From Ruminococcus sp. (GTDB lineage Bacteria > Bacillota > Clostridia > Oscillospirales > Ruminococcaceae), in contig JAZQFV010000036.1 of assembly GCA_045539715.1 (NCBI GenBank), positions 41,992 to 73,991 of the forward strand: a stretch of 32,000 nt of DNA, read 5' to 3'. The position numbers were made by a program, and so were the translations under genes. The notes under the pieces are model-generated. The model was not told where the DNA came from. It worked only from the letters and a program-made list of their open reading frames with translations, and searched no databases. Position 1 is the first letter of the stretch. Each line of letters opens with the position of its first letter. Positions 7,764 to 17,165 of the stretch are shown here, piece by piece.

Positions 7764-9107
7764 TCAATCCTCATCAACGATTGATTTGTAGTTTTCTTCC
7801 GCTTCCTTTTCCTTAGCCTGCTTATCGGCTTTTTTTGCGGCAAGTGAAGCACTTTTTGAGCCTTTTTTCATAAGCACAACTGCAACCACAACTGCTGCAA
7901 GAATAAGTCCAACAGCTATAATTGCAAAGGCAATGCCCTTGATATTCTTATCGGTATAGGAATATTCAAGCTTGTTATCCTTGGCATAATCAGCACCTGC
8001 TGAGCTTGAAAATACGCTTAATGAGAAGTTATCCGCAGGAGCATATGCACCCTCGGCATTGATATTATAGCCGAAAGCATTTGCACCGATTTCGGTAATG
8101 CTCTTTGGAATATTTATCTGTGAAAGGCTTTTGCAATCTACAAATGCACCCTCACCTACGGTAAGTGTACCCTCGGGAATAACCGCACGGGTAAGTGCTG
8201 TGCAGTTATAAAATGCACCGTCACCGATTTCCTTTAAAGTTGTTGGTAAATCAACTGTCTGCAATGCTGTACAGCATTTGAATGCAACGGGAGCAATCGT
8301 TTCAAGTCCCTCGGAAAAGTCAATATTTTTCAGCTTTACGCAATAACCGAAAGCGTCATCGCCGATATATGTGACAGAGGGCGGAATGAAAAGATTTTCA
8401 ATTCCTGCACAGACTGAGAAGGAGCCTGCCTCAATTGTTGTTACGCTGTCGGGAATACGCATATCCCCTGTAAGCTTTGTGGAGGCACGGACAATATTTG
8501 TCTTGCTCTTATTCATAAGAAGTCCGTCCTCAAAAATATAGCTTGCACATTTGCTTGCGTCAATATTTTCAATTGAACTGCACTCTGAAAAAGCCATAGG
8601 CTCAATTGCTGCAAGCTGTCCCGGAAGAACAACTTCTTTCAGGAATGAGCAGTTGTAGAATGCGTAGGATTCGATTGTATCAACAGCATCGGGAATTTCA
8701 ACCTTTTCAAGCTTTGTACAACCCATCAGCAAACCCTCGCTGATTGTCTTGATTTTCTTCGGCAAGGTAATTTCTGTAAGACCTGTACAGCCTGCAAAGG
8801 CACTATCACCGATTGAAGTTACCGTGTCGGGAATGTGCAGAGTTTTGATGTTGGGGCAGTTTGACAATGCCTTGTCGGCAATAGCTGTAATTGCATAGCC
8901 GTTGCGGAGTTCGGGAATTTCCTCAACAATAGCGTCCTGATTACAGCTTATGATTGTGTATGAGCCGTTTACCAACTCATAGCCGAAAGTACCGTCGGTA
9001 AGTGCCTCTCCGCCGTTATTCACACCAACAGCCAAAACGCTTGACGCTGTAATTGTAAGCAGAGAAAGACCTGCTGTTACAGCGGAAATAAGCTTATTAA
9101 TCTTCAT
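7764..9107 (-). CDS. BspA-type leucine-rich-repeat surface protein with C-terminal membrane anchor
   Basis: The track ORF starts at TTG 9128. ATG 9107 has GGAGG 9 nt upstream and gives MKINKLISAVTAGLSLLTITASSVLA (signal peptide). About 23-aa repeats follow the pattern IP.SVT.IG..AF..C..L..I. The C-terminal TM is IAFAIIAVGLILAAVVVAVVL, followed by a Lys/Glu tail ending ENYKSIVDED. Confidence 0.8.
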   Translation of the reverse strand: MKINKLISAVTAGLSLLTITASSVLAVGVNNGGEALTDGTFGYELVNGSYTIISCNQDAIVEEIPELRNGYAITAIADKALSNCPNIKTLHIPDTVTSIGDSAFAGCTGLTEITLPKKIKTISEGLLMGCTKLEKVEIPDAVDTIESYAFYNCSFLKEVVLPGQLAAIEPMAFSECSSIENIDASKCASYIFEDGLLMNKSKTNIVRASTKLTGDMRIPDSVTTIEAGSFSVCAGIENLFIPPSVTYIGDDAFGYCVKLKNIDFSEGLETIAPVAFKCCTALQTVDLPTTLKEIGDGAFYNCTALTRAVIPEGTLTVGEGAFVDCKSLSQINIPKSITEIGANAFGYNINAEGAYAPADNFSLSVFSSSAGADYAKDNKLEYSYTDKNIKGIAFAIIAVGLILAAVVVAVVLMKKGSKSASLAAKKADKQAKEKEAEENYKSIVDED

Positions 9108-11322
9108 CAGCTGAGTCCTCCGTTTCAATTATGCTTTCGTAATTTTCGGTTTTTTCAGCTTCTTTTTCGGCATCTTTTTTAGCCTTGATTTTTTCAGCAG
9201 CGGCAGCCTTACGCTTTTCGGAATCCTTTTCCTTTTTGCCTGCCTTGATTTTCTTGCCTGTGATAATTCCCACGATAAGAAGAATTACAGCGGCAGCTGC
9301 TCCGATAATTGCATATATAAAGTTCTTGTCAACATTTTTTCCTGCAACATATACCGTATCAAGAACAACGGGAATTCCGCAGTCTTTAGCGTACCGATGA
9401 GCAAGTGAATCTTTCTCAACGTACATCTTGAATCCCTCAATAACAGTATACGGCATAATAACATCTTCGCCAAGTTCAGCGTATGATTCCATATTAGCCT
9501 GAATGTCGTTGGCAAGTTCTTCGTCATAGTCATAACCGAAAGCGTATGCGGCAATTTCGTCAACGCTGTCGGGAACACGTATTCCCATCATACTTGAACA
9601 GCCGAGGAATGCATTTTTGTCAACCTTTTTAAGGGTATCGGGAAGAATAGTTTCCTCCAACGCTGTACAGCCCTCAAAGGCATATTCGCCGATAGTTTCA
9701 ACAGCTGTCAGCTTAACTTTTTTCAGATTTATGTTATAGTTGAAGCCCGATTTTGCAATTTCCTTGACGCTTTCGGGAGTTGTGAATTCCTCTCCGAGTT
9801 TCATTGCAGGATATGCAATAAGGCAGGTTTTATCCTTGTTATAGAGAACACCGTCAAGGGAGGAATATGCACCGTCACCCTCTGTTACGGTAATGCTCTG
9901 GAGATATGGCTGCATAAGGAACGGTTCTTCGCCCTTAATTTCCGTACAATTGCCCGAAATTGTGAGATGTTCCAGATGCTCGGGGAAAACATTCTCATCA
10001 ATTTTTGTAACTGTATCGGGGAGAACGATACTCTTTGACGAACAGCTTAAAAATGCACCATAGTAAATTGACGTAATCTTTACACCGTCAATTTCAGCAG
10101 GAACTTCTGCAACATCGGCAACCTCGTTGCAAATCGTAATCATTCCCTCGCCGTCAACAAGGGCATATTCATAAAAGCCTGAGAATTTTCTGTCAAGAGC
10201 CTCGTATGCCTTCTGCTTTTCGTATACACTTAATGTAACAAAAGTGAAGTCATTTGCAACGTCATATTCAGCGTCGGAGTCTGTTGCATAAGTTTCGGCA
10301 GCAGAACCGGGCTTACCTACAATAACAGTTCCGGGAATAACATTTTCTTTCTCGTCATAACCGATTGCACTGTAGTTGATTTTTGTAACCGACTCAGGAA
10401 TTACGATTTCGGTAATAGCTGTACCCTGAAAAGCACTCTGACCGATATAGTCGAGATTTTCGGGGAGAGTTACATTTTCAAGGGCGGAGCAGTTCATAAA
10501 TGCACCGAGTTCGATATTTATGGTATCGGGTGAAAATGCAACCTCGGTTAAAGCACGACATTCTGCAAAGCACATTGGCGGAATATCTGTAAGCTTTGTA
10601 TTGCTCATATCAATCTTTTCAAGCTTTTCATTGAAACTGAAACAATGACGATTGAGCGTTTTAATACTTTCGGGAATTTTGATTTCCTTTAATTGTGTGG
10701 AATAAATCGACGCAATACCGAGAGTTTCAACGCTATTGGGGATTTTGAAAACATCACCTTTTTTCATCATAGGATAGCAGATGAGAGTTTTCATATCCTT
10801 TGTATAAAGAACGCCGTCCTCTACCACATAGTTCTTATTATCCTCGCTTACAACAATTTCTTCAAGGAAAAGCAGAGCCGCAAATGGATTTGATTCGGGA
10901 ATATCTTTAATAGTTGCAGGAATTGTGATTTTCTTCAGATTTTTCTCGCTGAAAATATAATCGCTTATACCTGTAACAGTAATTCCGTCAATGCTTTCGG
11001 GAATTTCCATTTCCTCACTCTGGTCTTCATATTTGAGAATTGTAGCTGTACCGTCCTCACCTACAATATAGGTAAATCCGCCCGACTCAATCTCCTGTGG
11101 TTCTTCATCGGTTTCTTCTACAGTTTCATCCGCAGTTTCCTCTGTGGCTTCTTCCGTAACTTCCTCAGCTTCGCTTTCTTCCGACTCGTTCTCCGCAGTC
11201 AGAACTGTGACATCGCCGTTTTCTCCCTCATTTTCGGCAAATGCACAGATATTTGGAGCAGCAGTTGACGCTGCTATAAGCAAGCCCATAAGGGCTGCTG
11301 ATATTTTCTTATAATTTCTCAT
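9097..11322 (-). CDS. BspA-type leucine-rich-repeat surface protein with acidic N-terminal region and C-terminal membrane anchor
   Basis: The track ORF extends to 11406, which is upstream of the predicted promoter. ATG 11322 has GAGGGAA upstream and gives MRNYKKISAALMGLLIAASTAAPNICAFA (signal peptide). An acidic stretch ENESEESEAEEVTEEATEETADE precedes many LRR_5-like repeats. The TM is YAIIGAAAAVILLIVGIITG and the tail contains ENYESII. It overlaps the next gene by 11 nt. Confidence 0.8.
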   Translation of the reverse strand: MRNYKKISAALMGLLIAASTAAPNICAFAENEGENGDVTVLTAENESEESEAEEVTEEATEETADETVEETDEEPQEIESGGFTYIVGEDGTATILKYEDQSEEMEIPESIDGITVTGISDYIFSEKNLKKITIPATIKDIPESNPFAALLFLEEIVVSEDNKNYVVEDGVLYTKDMKTLICYPMMKKGDVFKIPNSVETLGIASIYSTQLKEIKIPESIKTLNRHCFSFNEKLEKIDMSNTKLTDIPPMCFAECRALTEVAFSPDTINIELGAFMNCSALENVTLPENLDYIGQSAFQGTAITEIVIPESVTKINYSAIGYDEKENVIPGTVIVGKPGSAAETYATDSDAEYDVANDFTFVTLSVYEKQKAYEALDRKFSGFYEYALVDGEGMITICNEVADVAEVPAEIDGVKITSIYYGAFLSCSSKSIVLPDTVTKIDENVFPEHLEHLTISGNCTEIKGEEPFLMQPYLQSITVTEGDGAYSSLDGVLYNKDKTCLIAYPAMKLGEEFTTPESVKEIAKSGFNYNINLKKVKLTAVETIGEYAFEGCTALEETILPDTLKKVDKNAFLGCSSMMGIRVPDSVDEIAAYAFGYDYDEELANDIQANMESYAELGEDVIMPYTVIEGFKMYVEKDSLAHRYAKDCGIPVVLDTVYVAGKNVDKNFIYAIIGAAAAVILLIVGIITGKKIKAGKKEKDSEKRKAAAAEKIKAKKDAEKEAEKTENYESIIETEDSADED

Positions 11323-11367
11323 TTTTCTATTCCCTCGTTTCAGAGTATACTTACTCAATTTTATTCT

Positions 11368-11396
11368 ATTATACCATATTCCCGTTGTAATTGCAA
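11368..11396 (-). promoter_or_regulatory. SigA-type promoter with extended -10 for the LRR operon
   Basis: The - strand reads TTGCAA (11396-11391), 17 nt ending in TGG, then TATAAT (11373-11368). Confidence 0.6.
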
Positions 11397-11470
11397 TAAA
11401 TTTCACTAATTTTTCATTGAAATGCCAACGTCTTTCGGCTCTTTGAAATTATTACAACACGTTAAAAATA

Positions 11471-11499
11471 TATCAATCTTTTTGTGCTTTTGGCATAAT
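11471..11499 (+). promoter_or_regulatory. candidate promoter of the phage-derived operon
   Basis: TATCAA, 17 nt ending in TGG, then CATAAT (11494-11499). The -35 is weak but the -10 is of the extended type. This is the best candidate I can see in the divergent intergenic region. Confidence 0.3.
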
Positions 11500-11552
11500 T
11501 TCGCCTGTTGACGATTGGTTAAAAAGGAGAAAATAAAAATTATTTTTCAATA

Positions 11553-11572
11553 TTCAACCATTTTTGGTTGAA
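11553..11572 (+). promoter_or_regulatory. perfect 8-bp inverted repeat (possible operator or leader hairpin) ahead of terS
   Basis: TTCAACCA-TTTT-TGGTTGAA lies between the candidate promoter and the terS RBS (GAGGAGG at about 11599-11605). Confidence 0.3.
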
Positions 11573-11616
11573 AAATGCCCCGATTCTGCCCATTAGTGAG
11601 AGGAGGTGTAACGCCA

Positions 11617-12102
11617 ATGGCTGAAAAAATTGATAAAAGGAGGTACGAATTCTGTTGTCAGTATGCCCTGTTAGGTAATGCCGAGGAGGCTGCCGTAAAA
11701 GCAGGCTATCCAAAATCTACGGCTCTGAAAAATGCTGCCGACTGCCTCAGCGACAATAACTGCCGTGAACTTATAGCCGATATGACAAATAAGCTTTCAC
11801 ACACTTCGGCTGTAAAGGCAGGTTTAAGACGCTTGGCTTTCGGTGAATGCAGCGACGCTGTCACTCTTGCCTTTGCTGATGAACTGCCGCCCCCCGAAAC
11901 AATCAGAAAAATGAATTTATTCAATGTTTCCGAAATCAAGCGGCTTAAAGGCGGCGGTATGGAAATCAAATTCTTTGACCGCCTAAAGGCTCTCGAAAAG
12001 CTCTATGAGCTTGAAACATCGGAAAATGGCAGTAATACGGCGGCAGGACTTATTGAAGCGCTGACAGCTTCTGCCCAAGGCGGTGACTATGAGGATAACT
12101 GA
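11617..12102 (+). CDS. terS: phage terminase small subunit
   Basis: The track ORF starts at 11575. ATG 11617 follows GAGGAGGTG. The N-terminus KRRYEFCCQYALLGNAEEAAVKAGYPKSTALKNAADCL is the helix-turn-helix pattern typical of Terminase_2-type small subunits. It lies directly upstream of and overlaps terL. Confidence 0.7.
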   Translation: MAEKIDKRRYEFCCQYALLGNAEEAAVKAGYPKSTALKNAADCLSDNNCRELIADMTNKLSHTSAVKAGLRRLAFGECSDAVTLAFADELPPPETIRKMNLFNVSEIKRLKGGGMEIKFFDRLKALEKLYELETSENGSNTAAGLIEALTASAQGGDYEDN

Positions 12103-13333
12103 ACTTTCCCCGAAACAAAGGCTTACGATAAACTGGTGGCTGACTGAAAAATATTCCCGTTACGATGCAATAATATGCGACGGTGCGGTGCGAAGCGGCA
12201 AAACTCTGTCAATGTCAATAGGCTTCGTCCTGTGGGCAATGAACAGCTTCAACGGAAGTGCATTTGCGGTTTGCGGTAAGACCGTGACTTCCCTGAGAAG
12301 GAATGTTATAACGCCCCTTTTGCCTGTGCTTGGCGGAATGGGAATGATATGCGAGGAAAAAGTCAGCCGCAATTACCTCGACATAAGCTTTAACGGCAGA
12401 AAAAACCGATTTTATTTTTTCGGCGGACGTGATGAAAGCTCGGCGGCACTCATTCAGGGTATCACTCTTTCGGGAGTATTCCTTGACGAGGTGGCACTTA
12501 TGCCACGTTCCTTTGTGGAACAGGCACTTGCACGATGCTCTGTAAACGGCTCGAAAATGTGGTTCAACTGCAATCCCGACAATCCCTCCCACTGGTTTTA
12601 CAATGAATGGATCAGAAAGACGGAGAGCAAAAATGCGTTGTATATCCATTTCACAATGGACGATAATCCGTCGTTGTCGGAGGAGTTGAAAAATCGCTAT
12701 AAAAGGCTGTATTCAGGGGCATTCTATGACCGCTATGTACTGGGGAAATGGACGGTATCAGACGGAACTGTTTATCCTATGTTTTCACGGGAAAAGCACA
12801 TCTTCTCAACTGCTCCCCATTGCGAAAAATACGTAATATCCTGCGATTACGGCACGGTCAATCCCTCCTCATTCGGATTATGGGGATATAGCGGCGGTGT
12901 GTGGTATCGGCTTCGGGAATATTATTACGATTCACGGAAAGAGGGACAGTCACGGACAGATGAGGAGCATTATGCGGCACTTGAAAGGCTTGCGGAGGGA
13001 TACAAAATCGAAAAGGTAATAATTGACCCGTCGGCGGCAAGCTTTATCGAATGTATCAAGCGGCACGGAAAATTTCACACGGAAAAGGCAGATAATGACG
13101 TAGTTGCAGGAATACGGCGAGTTGCGGCGGCTCTCAAAGAGGGCAGGCTGAAATTTCACGAATCCTGCGGCGATATAATCCGTGAATTCTCCCTCTATCG
13201 CTGGTCTGCAAAAGCAGGCACAGATGCTCCCATTAAGGAAAATGACCACGCTATGGACGATATGCGGTATTTTGTAACGGCTGTGACAAAGGAAAAATCC
13301 GATGATTTCTTTGTTATATCCATGAAAAGATGA
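12083..13333 (+). CDS. terL: phage terminase large subunit (PBSX-like type)
   Basis: 416-aa ORF starting at GTG 12083 or ATG 12089. Walker A is CDGAVRSGKT and Walker B is LSGVFLDEVALM. The C-terminal nuclease-like region ends in HAMDDMRY. It overlaps the terS stop codon. Confidence 0.85.
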   Translation: MTMRITELSPKQRLTINWWLTEKYSRYDAIICDGAVRSGKTLSMSIGFVLWAMNSFNGSAFAVCGKTVTSLRRNVITPLLPVLGGMGMICEEKVSRNYLDISFNGRKNRFYFFGGRDESSAALIQGITLSGVFLDEVALMPRSFVEQALARCSVNGSKMWFNCNPDNPSHWFYNEWIRKTESKNALYIHFTMDDNPSLSEELKNRYKRLYSGAFYDRYVLGKWTVSDGTVYPMFSREKHIFSTAPHCEKYVISCDYGTVNPSSFGLWGYSGGVWYRLREYYYDSRKEGQSRTDEEHYAALERLAEGYKIEKVIIDPSAASFIECIKRHGKFHTEKADNDVVAGIRRVAAALKEGRLKFHESCGDIIREFSLYRWSAKAGTDAPIKENDHAMDDMRYFVTAVTKEKSDDFFVISMKR

Positions 13334-13355
13334 AAAGGAGGTAATAACCGAAGTC

Positions 13356-14480
13356 ATGAAGCTATTCAAGAAAAAGACACCGAGAGCCGCCCCTGAATTA
13401 TACCATGCTTCAAGGGAAACAGGCACAATGCTAACCCTGCCCAATAACGCTTCACCCTTTGAAAAGGAGCTTTTCGACAGGCTGAGATATGCCGTACCTG
13501 TCATTGATGCGGCAATTATGAAAATTGTCCGACTTGCAGGCGGTTTCCACCTTGTATGCTCCGAAAAAGGTCATCAGAGGGAACTGGACAGCTTTTGCGA
13601 AAATGTTCCCGTGGGACTTCACGGCAAATCCATAAACTGCTTTGCGGACACATTTCTTGACAGCCTGCTCACCTACGGCAACGCTGTGGGGGAAATTGTA
13701 TTAAGCGAAAAAGACAGGGAAATTGCAGGGCTGTGGAATGGCGACAGCACACGGGTTATGGTAAGTGCAGGAGTAAATCCCTTTGACAGGCGGTATGCGG
13801 TGAGGTGCAATGACAACACCTGCAAGACAGTTCAGCACCCCGAAAGAATTGTATATGCCTCACTTACAGGGGGAAATTCACTTCTGAGGGGACTTCCTGC
13901 AATAAGCAGCATACTTCTGAGAATTTACCAATGTATCGGGCAGAATTATGACCGTGTGGGCAATGTGAGGTATGCGGTTACATACAAGCCCACAGAGGGT
14001 TCAGGGGAATTTATGCACTCCAAGGAAAGGGCTATGCAGATAGCCCGTGAGTGGTCTGACGGTATGAATTCCGCAAAATACGGACAGGTCAAGGACTTTA
14101 TTGCTGTGGGCGATGTGGATATTAAGGTAATCGGTGCTGAAAATCAGCTTATTGATACGGAAATCCCCGTCCGTCAGCTTTTGGAACAAATAGTTGCAAA
14201 GCTGTCAATTCCACCCTTTCTGCTTGGACTCAACTGGAGTTCAACGGAGCGAATGTCATCACAGCAGGCGGATATTCTCACATCAGAACTTGAATATTAC
14301 CGTCGGCTTCTCACCCCTGTTTTATGCGATATAGGAAATGCCTATCTGAAATCAAGGGGATTTGACGGCTACTGCTCTGTGGAGTGGGATAATATTAACT
14401 TACAGGACGAATCCGTGCTTGCGGAAACAAGACTTAACAACGCAAGGGCGGCAGAAATCGAAGCGAGATTAAACAATTGA
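13356..14480 (+). CDS. phage portal protein (small, 374 aa)
   Basis: It occupies the position right after terL. The size and composition fit a portal, as do the motif KLSIPPFLLGL and a C-terminal helical region. The assignment rests on context and general resemblance only. Confidence 0.6.
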   Translation: MKLFKKKTPRAAPELYHASRETGTMLTLPNNASPFEKELFDRLRYAVPVIDAAIMKIVRLAGGFHLVCSEKGHQRELDSFCENVPVGLHGKSINCFADTFLDSLLTYGNAVGEIVLSEKDREIAGLWNGDSTRVMVSAGVNPFDRRYAVRCNDNTCKTVQHPERIVYASLTGGNSLLRGLPAISSILLRIYQCIGQNYDRVGNVRYAVTYKPTEGSGEFMHSKERAMQIAREWSDGMNSAKYGQVKDFIAVGDVDIKVIGAENQLIDTEIPVRQLLEQIVAKLSIPPFLLGLNWSSTERMSSQQADILTSELEYYRRLLTPVLCDIGNAYLKSRGFDGYCSVEWDNINLQDESVLAETRLNNARAAEIEARLNN

Positions 14481-14497
14481 TTATGGAGGAAATTTAT

Positions 14498-15454
14498 ATG
14501 TATAATGATGTTAAACTTGAAAAGGGTATGTACAATTTCAGCGGAAAAAGCTTTACAGCGGCTCTGGAGGAACTTGACCCCTCCTCTGCATATGTGGGAA
14601 CGGAACTTGAGTCCCTTGACGCTTTTGAAAGACAGCTGAAACGATTCAATATCAGAGTAAGCGGCACAGACTGCGACTGCGTTGAAAAGTTCTTCACATC
14701 GGGAGAAACAGCTGTTCTTTTCCCCGAATTTGTAAAGAGATGTATTGCAAAGGGATTTGACGGAACTGTACTTTCATCTGTAACCGCTGTAAAAACCGTA
14801 TGCGAAAGCGGTCAGTATCTTGGCTGTATTCTTGATGATACGGCAGATTATGTATCAACTGCACAGACGGTAAAACTCCCCGAATCTGTTGTTACTGAGG
14901 GGGAAACTGCGGTTGTACTTGAAAAGTATGGCAGACTTATCAACGCATCTTATGAGGCGGTGAGAAAGCAGCGACTTGATGTATTCGGCGTTATGCTCCG
15001 TGGAATCGGCGTAAAGCTTGCGGTATCGGTTGTTAAAAAGGCTATGACAGTTCTTGCGGAATCTGCACAGTCAATCTCTGCTACATCTCTCACCTATGCT
15101 AAGCTTGCGGAACTTTACGGCAGCTTTGACTGCTTTGATATGACAACGGTTGTGGCAAATCCTGCTGACGCTTCAAAGATTGCGGCAATGGAACAGCTTT
15201 CAGATACAAAGGTATCAGCTGAGGGAAAAATGCTGCTTCCATTCGGCTCTGAACTTGTCAAGACTTCTGCACTTCCACAGAATACAATTCTCGGACTTGA
15301 CAAGAATTTTGCCCTTGAATTTATCACAAGTTCAGGACTTGTAATGGAAACTGACAAGCTCATTGACAGACAGCTTGACAGCATTACTGTGTCAATTACC
15401 TGCGGATTCAGAAAGATTATGCCCGAAGCTGTAAGAAAAATTGTAATTTCATAA
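14498..15454 (+). CDS. major capsid protein (HK97-fold type)
   Basis: ATG 14498 has GGAGGA 7 nt upstream; the track starts at TTG 14477. The 318-aa product has capsid-like segments LFPEFV, LEKYGRLINASYEAVRKQRLDV and a C-terminal DSITVSITCGFRKIMPEAV. It is followed by a strong terminator-like structure, as expected for the most abundant product. Confidence 0.6.
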   Translation: MYNDVKLEKGMYNFSGKSFTAALEELDPSSAYVGTELESLDAFERQLKRFNIRVSGTDCDCVEKFFTSGETAVLFPEFVKRCIAKGFDGTVLSSVTAVKTVCESGQYLGCILDDTADYVSTAQTVKLPESVVTEGETAVVLEKYGRLINASYEAVRKQRLDVFGVMLRGIGVKLAVSVVKKAMTVLAESAQSISATSLTYAKLAELYGSFDCFDMTTVVANPADASKIAAMEQLSDTKVSAEGKMLLPFGSELVKTSALPQNTILGLDKNFALEFITSSGLVMETDKLIDRQLDSITVSITCGFRKIMPEAVRKIVIS

Positions 15455-15456
15455 TC

Positions 15457-15541
15457 AGCCGTCAGCCATTAGCCGTTAGCCCATAGCTAAAGGCTGAAAG
15501 CTGACGGCTAATGGCTCTGTTTTAGGCTAATGGCTCTGTTT
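15457..15541 (+). terminator. branched hairpin / partial terminator with duplicated 3' arm between capsid and protease genes
   Basis: AGCCGTCAGC (15457-66) pairs with GCTGACGGCT (15500-09). Alternatively GCCATTAGCC (15465-74) pairs with GGCTAATGGC (15506-15), followed by TCTGTTTT. There is an inner hairpin at 15472-15494. The unit GGCTAATGGCTCTGTTT occurs twice (15506-22 and 15525-41). Confidence 0.5.
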
Positions 15542-15557
15542 AAAAAAAGGAGGAAAA

Positions 15558-16382
15558 ATGGATAAAACTACCCTTGAAAAAATCAATAAATTCACCCGAC
15601 GTGAACTCAAAGAGGAGGAACTCTACACCTTTTCCGTTATCCTCTGCGATAACGAAATTGACCGTGATTGTGAACGCTTTTCCGATGCTGCACTCGAAAC
15701 GCTGAAATCAATGTTCATCGGCAAAACAGGTATTTTCGACCACAAGCCCAGCACATCAAATCAGACTGCAAGAATTTTCGATACGGAAATTATTACCGAT
15801 GAAAGCCGCACCACTAAAAATAATGAGCCGTATAAATACCTGAAAGCCTCCGCCTATATGGTTCGCACAGAGGATAACAAAAATCTCATTGCGGAAATTG
15901 ACGGCGGAATTAAAAAAGAAGTCAGCATTTCCTGCTCGGCGGCAAAAAGAATCTGCTCCCTCTGCGGCAGAGAAAAATCACAGGGCAGCTGCGGTCATAT
16001 AAACGGTAAAAGCTATGGCGGACGAATTTGCCACACAATTCTCGATGATGTTTCAGATGCCTATGAATGGAGCTTTGTAGCAGTTCCTGCACAAGTAAAT
16101 GCAGGAGTTACAAAAAAATACAGCGAAAACGGCTGTGAGAAAATGCCCTCGGCGGCGGAATTGCCCGATGTGGAAAAGCTTTGCCGTGAAATCCGTCAGC
16201 TTGCATTTTTCAGCGGTGGTGTAAAGGCGGCTGAAAAGGCTGAATTATCAATTGAGGGCAAATCCTTAACCGAACTTGAAGCGTTAAAAAAAGGCTATGA
16301 AGCTACCGCCCACAGCAAGGAATTGGAAGTTCAGCTTTCGGCAGATACACAGAAAGAGGATATGTCACGTTTCAGAATATAG
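15558..16382 (+). CDS. prohead protease (HK97 gp4-like) with inserted Cys4 motif and C-terminal coiled-coil (scaffold-like) tail
   Basis: AGGAGG sits 5 nt upstream of the ATG. The motifs EIDRDCERFS..AL, GKTGIFDHKPS, EVSISCS and EWSFVAVPAQ follow the S78 prohead protease pattern with His/Ser candidates. There is a CSLCG..GSCGH insertion. The tail AEKAELSIEGKSLTELEALKKGYE looks like a coiled coil. Confidence 0.6.
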   Translation: MDKTTLEKINKFTRRELKEEELYTFSVILCDNEIDRDCERFSDAALETLKSMFIGKTGIFDHKPSTSNQTARIFDTEIITDESRTTKNNEPYKYLKASAYMVRTEDNKNLIAEIDGGIKKEVSISCSAAKRICSLCGREKSQGSCGHINGKSYGGRICHTILDDVSDAYEWSFVAVPAQVNAGVTKKYSENGCEKMPSAAELPDVEKLCREIRQLAFFSGGVKAAEKAELSIEGKSLTELEALKKGYEATAHSKELEVQLSADTQKEDMSRFRI

Positions 16383-16394
16383 GAGATGATTATT

Positions 16395-16745
16395 ATGAAT
16401 ATGACTAAGGTAAAATCACTTTTCAAGCTTTTTTCGGGAGATATCTGCACAGCGGAGCACGAACCTTTAATTGACCTTGCAGTATTTGAAGTCGAAAGAA
16501 TGATTTCCGAAACTGCCGACAGAGAGGACCCACGGCTTGATTTTCTCTGTGCTGCAATTGCAAACTACCGCTATTATCAGGCATTGACCGCACAGGACCG
16601 CTCTGAATTTACATACAGCGGAAAGGTCATAAAGGACAACGGCGGAAAAATCCTCTCCTTTGCCGAAGGTCTTTTAAGGGGATATTACCGCCTTTGCAGC
16701 GATATTATCAAGGATTCGGATTTGATTTTCCTCGTCGTTGTGTAA
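16395..16745 (+). CDS. putative head-tail connector/adaptor protein
   Basis: ATG 16395 is 9 nt after AGGAG; the track starts at 16386. The 116-aa helical protein sits in the position and has the size of gp6/gp15-type adaptors. This is a weak, context-based call. Confidence 0.4.
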   Translation: MNMTKVKSLFKLFSGDICTAEHEPLIDLAVFEVERMISETADREDPRLDFLCAAIANYRYYQALTAQDRSEFTYSGKVIKDNGGKILSFAEGLLRGYYRLCSDIIKDSDLIFLVVV

Positions 16746-16757
16746 AGGAGGCAGGTT

Positions 16758-17165
16758 ATGATTGAGATACTCAGACAGATAAGACAGGCTCTCGATGATA
16801 AGGGGGTAGTCAATGTCTGTCCCTCCTATGACGCTATGCCTGTCCGTGATAAAGGGGATTATTTTGTTGTAATAGGTGCAGGTGAATATGAAGCCCTTTC
16901 CCCTATCCATTCCGAAACGAAAATTTATATCCCTGTGAAATGCGACGTGAAATTCACAGTATACGCTCCTCCGCAGCTGTCACAGGAACAGCTTTACGGT
17001 TATTACCGCAGCAGCCTTGAAAGCACAATTGACAGCCTATGCGGATTGAACAGCCGTCTGAAAAGCATTACCACATCTTATGACGCTAAACTGCGGAAAC
17101 AGACTCTTACGGCAGTTCTGAAAATAAGCTGTATGAAAACAATTGAAAAGGAGGCGGCGGAATAA
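16758..17165 (+). CDS. putative neck / tail-terminator-like protein
   Basis: AGGAGG is upstream. The 135-aa product has an N-terminal helix followed by beta-rich segments (MIEILRQIRQALDDKGVVNV..YFVVIG). This resembles DUF3168/gpU-type neck proteins by pattern only. Confidence 0.3.
   Translation: MIEILRQIRQALDDKGVVNVCPSYDAMPVRDKGDYFVVIGAGEYEALSPIHSETKIYIPVKCDVKFTVYAPPQLSQEQLYGYYRSSLESTIDSLCGLNSRLKSITTSYDAKLRKQTLTAVLKISCMKTIEKEAAE

Noticed and set aside
12950-13504. 184-aa - strand ORF spanning the terL/portal junction (and 12215..12649, 18053..18508 on the - strand)
   Set aside because: These are antisense to tightly packed, motif-bearing phage genes. They have no RBS and a hydrophobicity and charge pattern typical of shadow frames.
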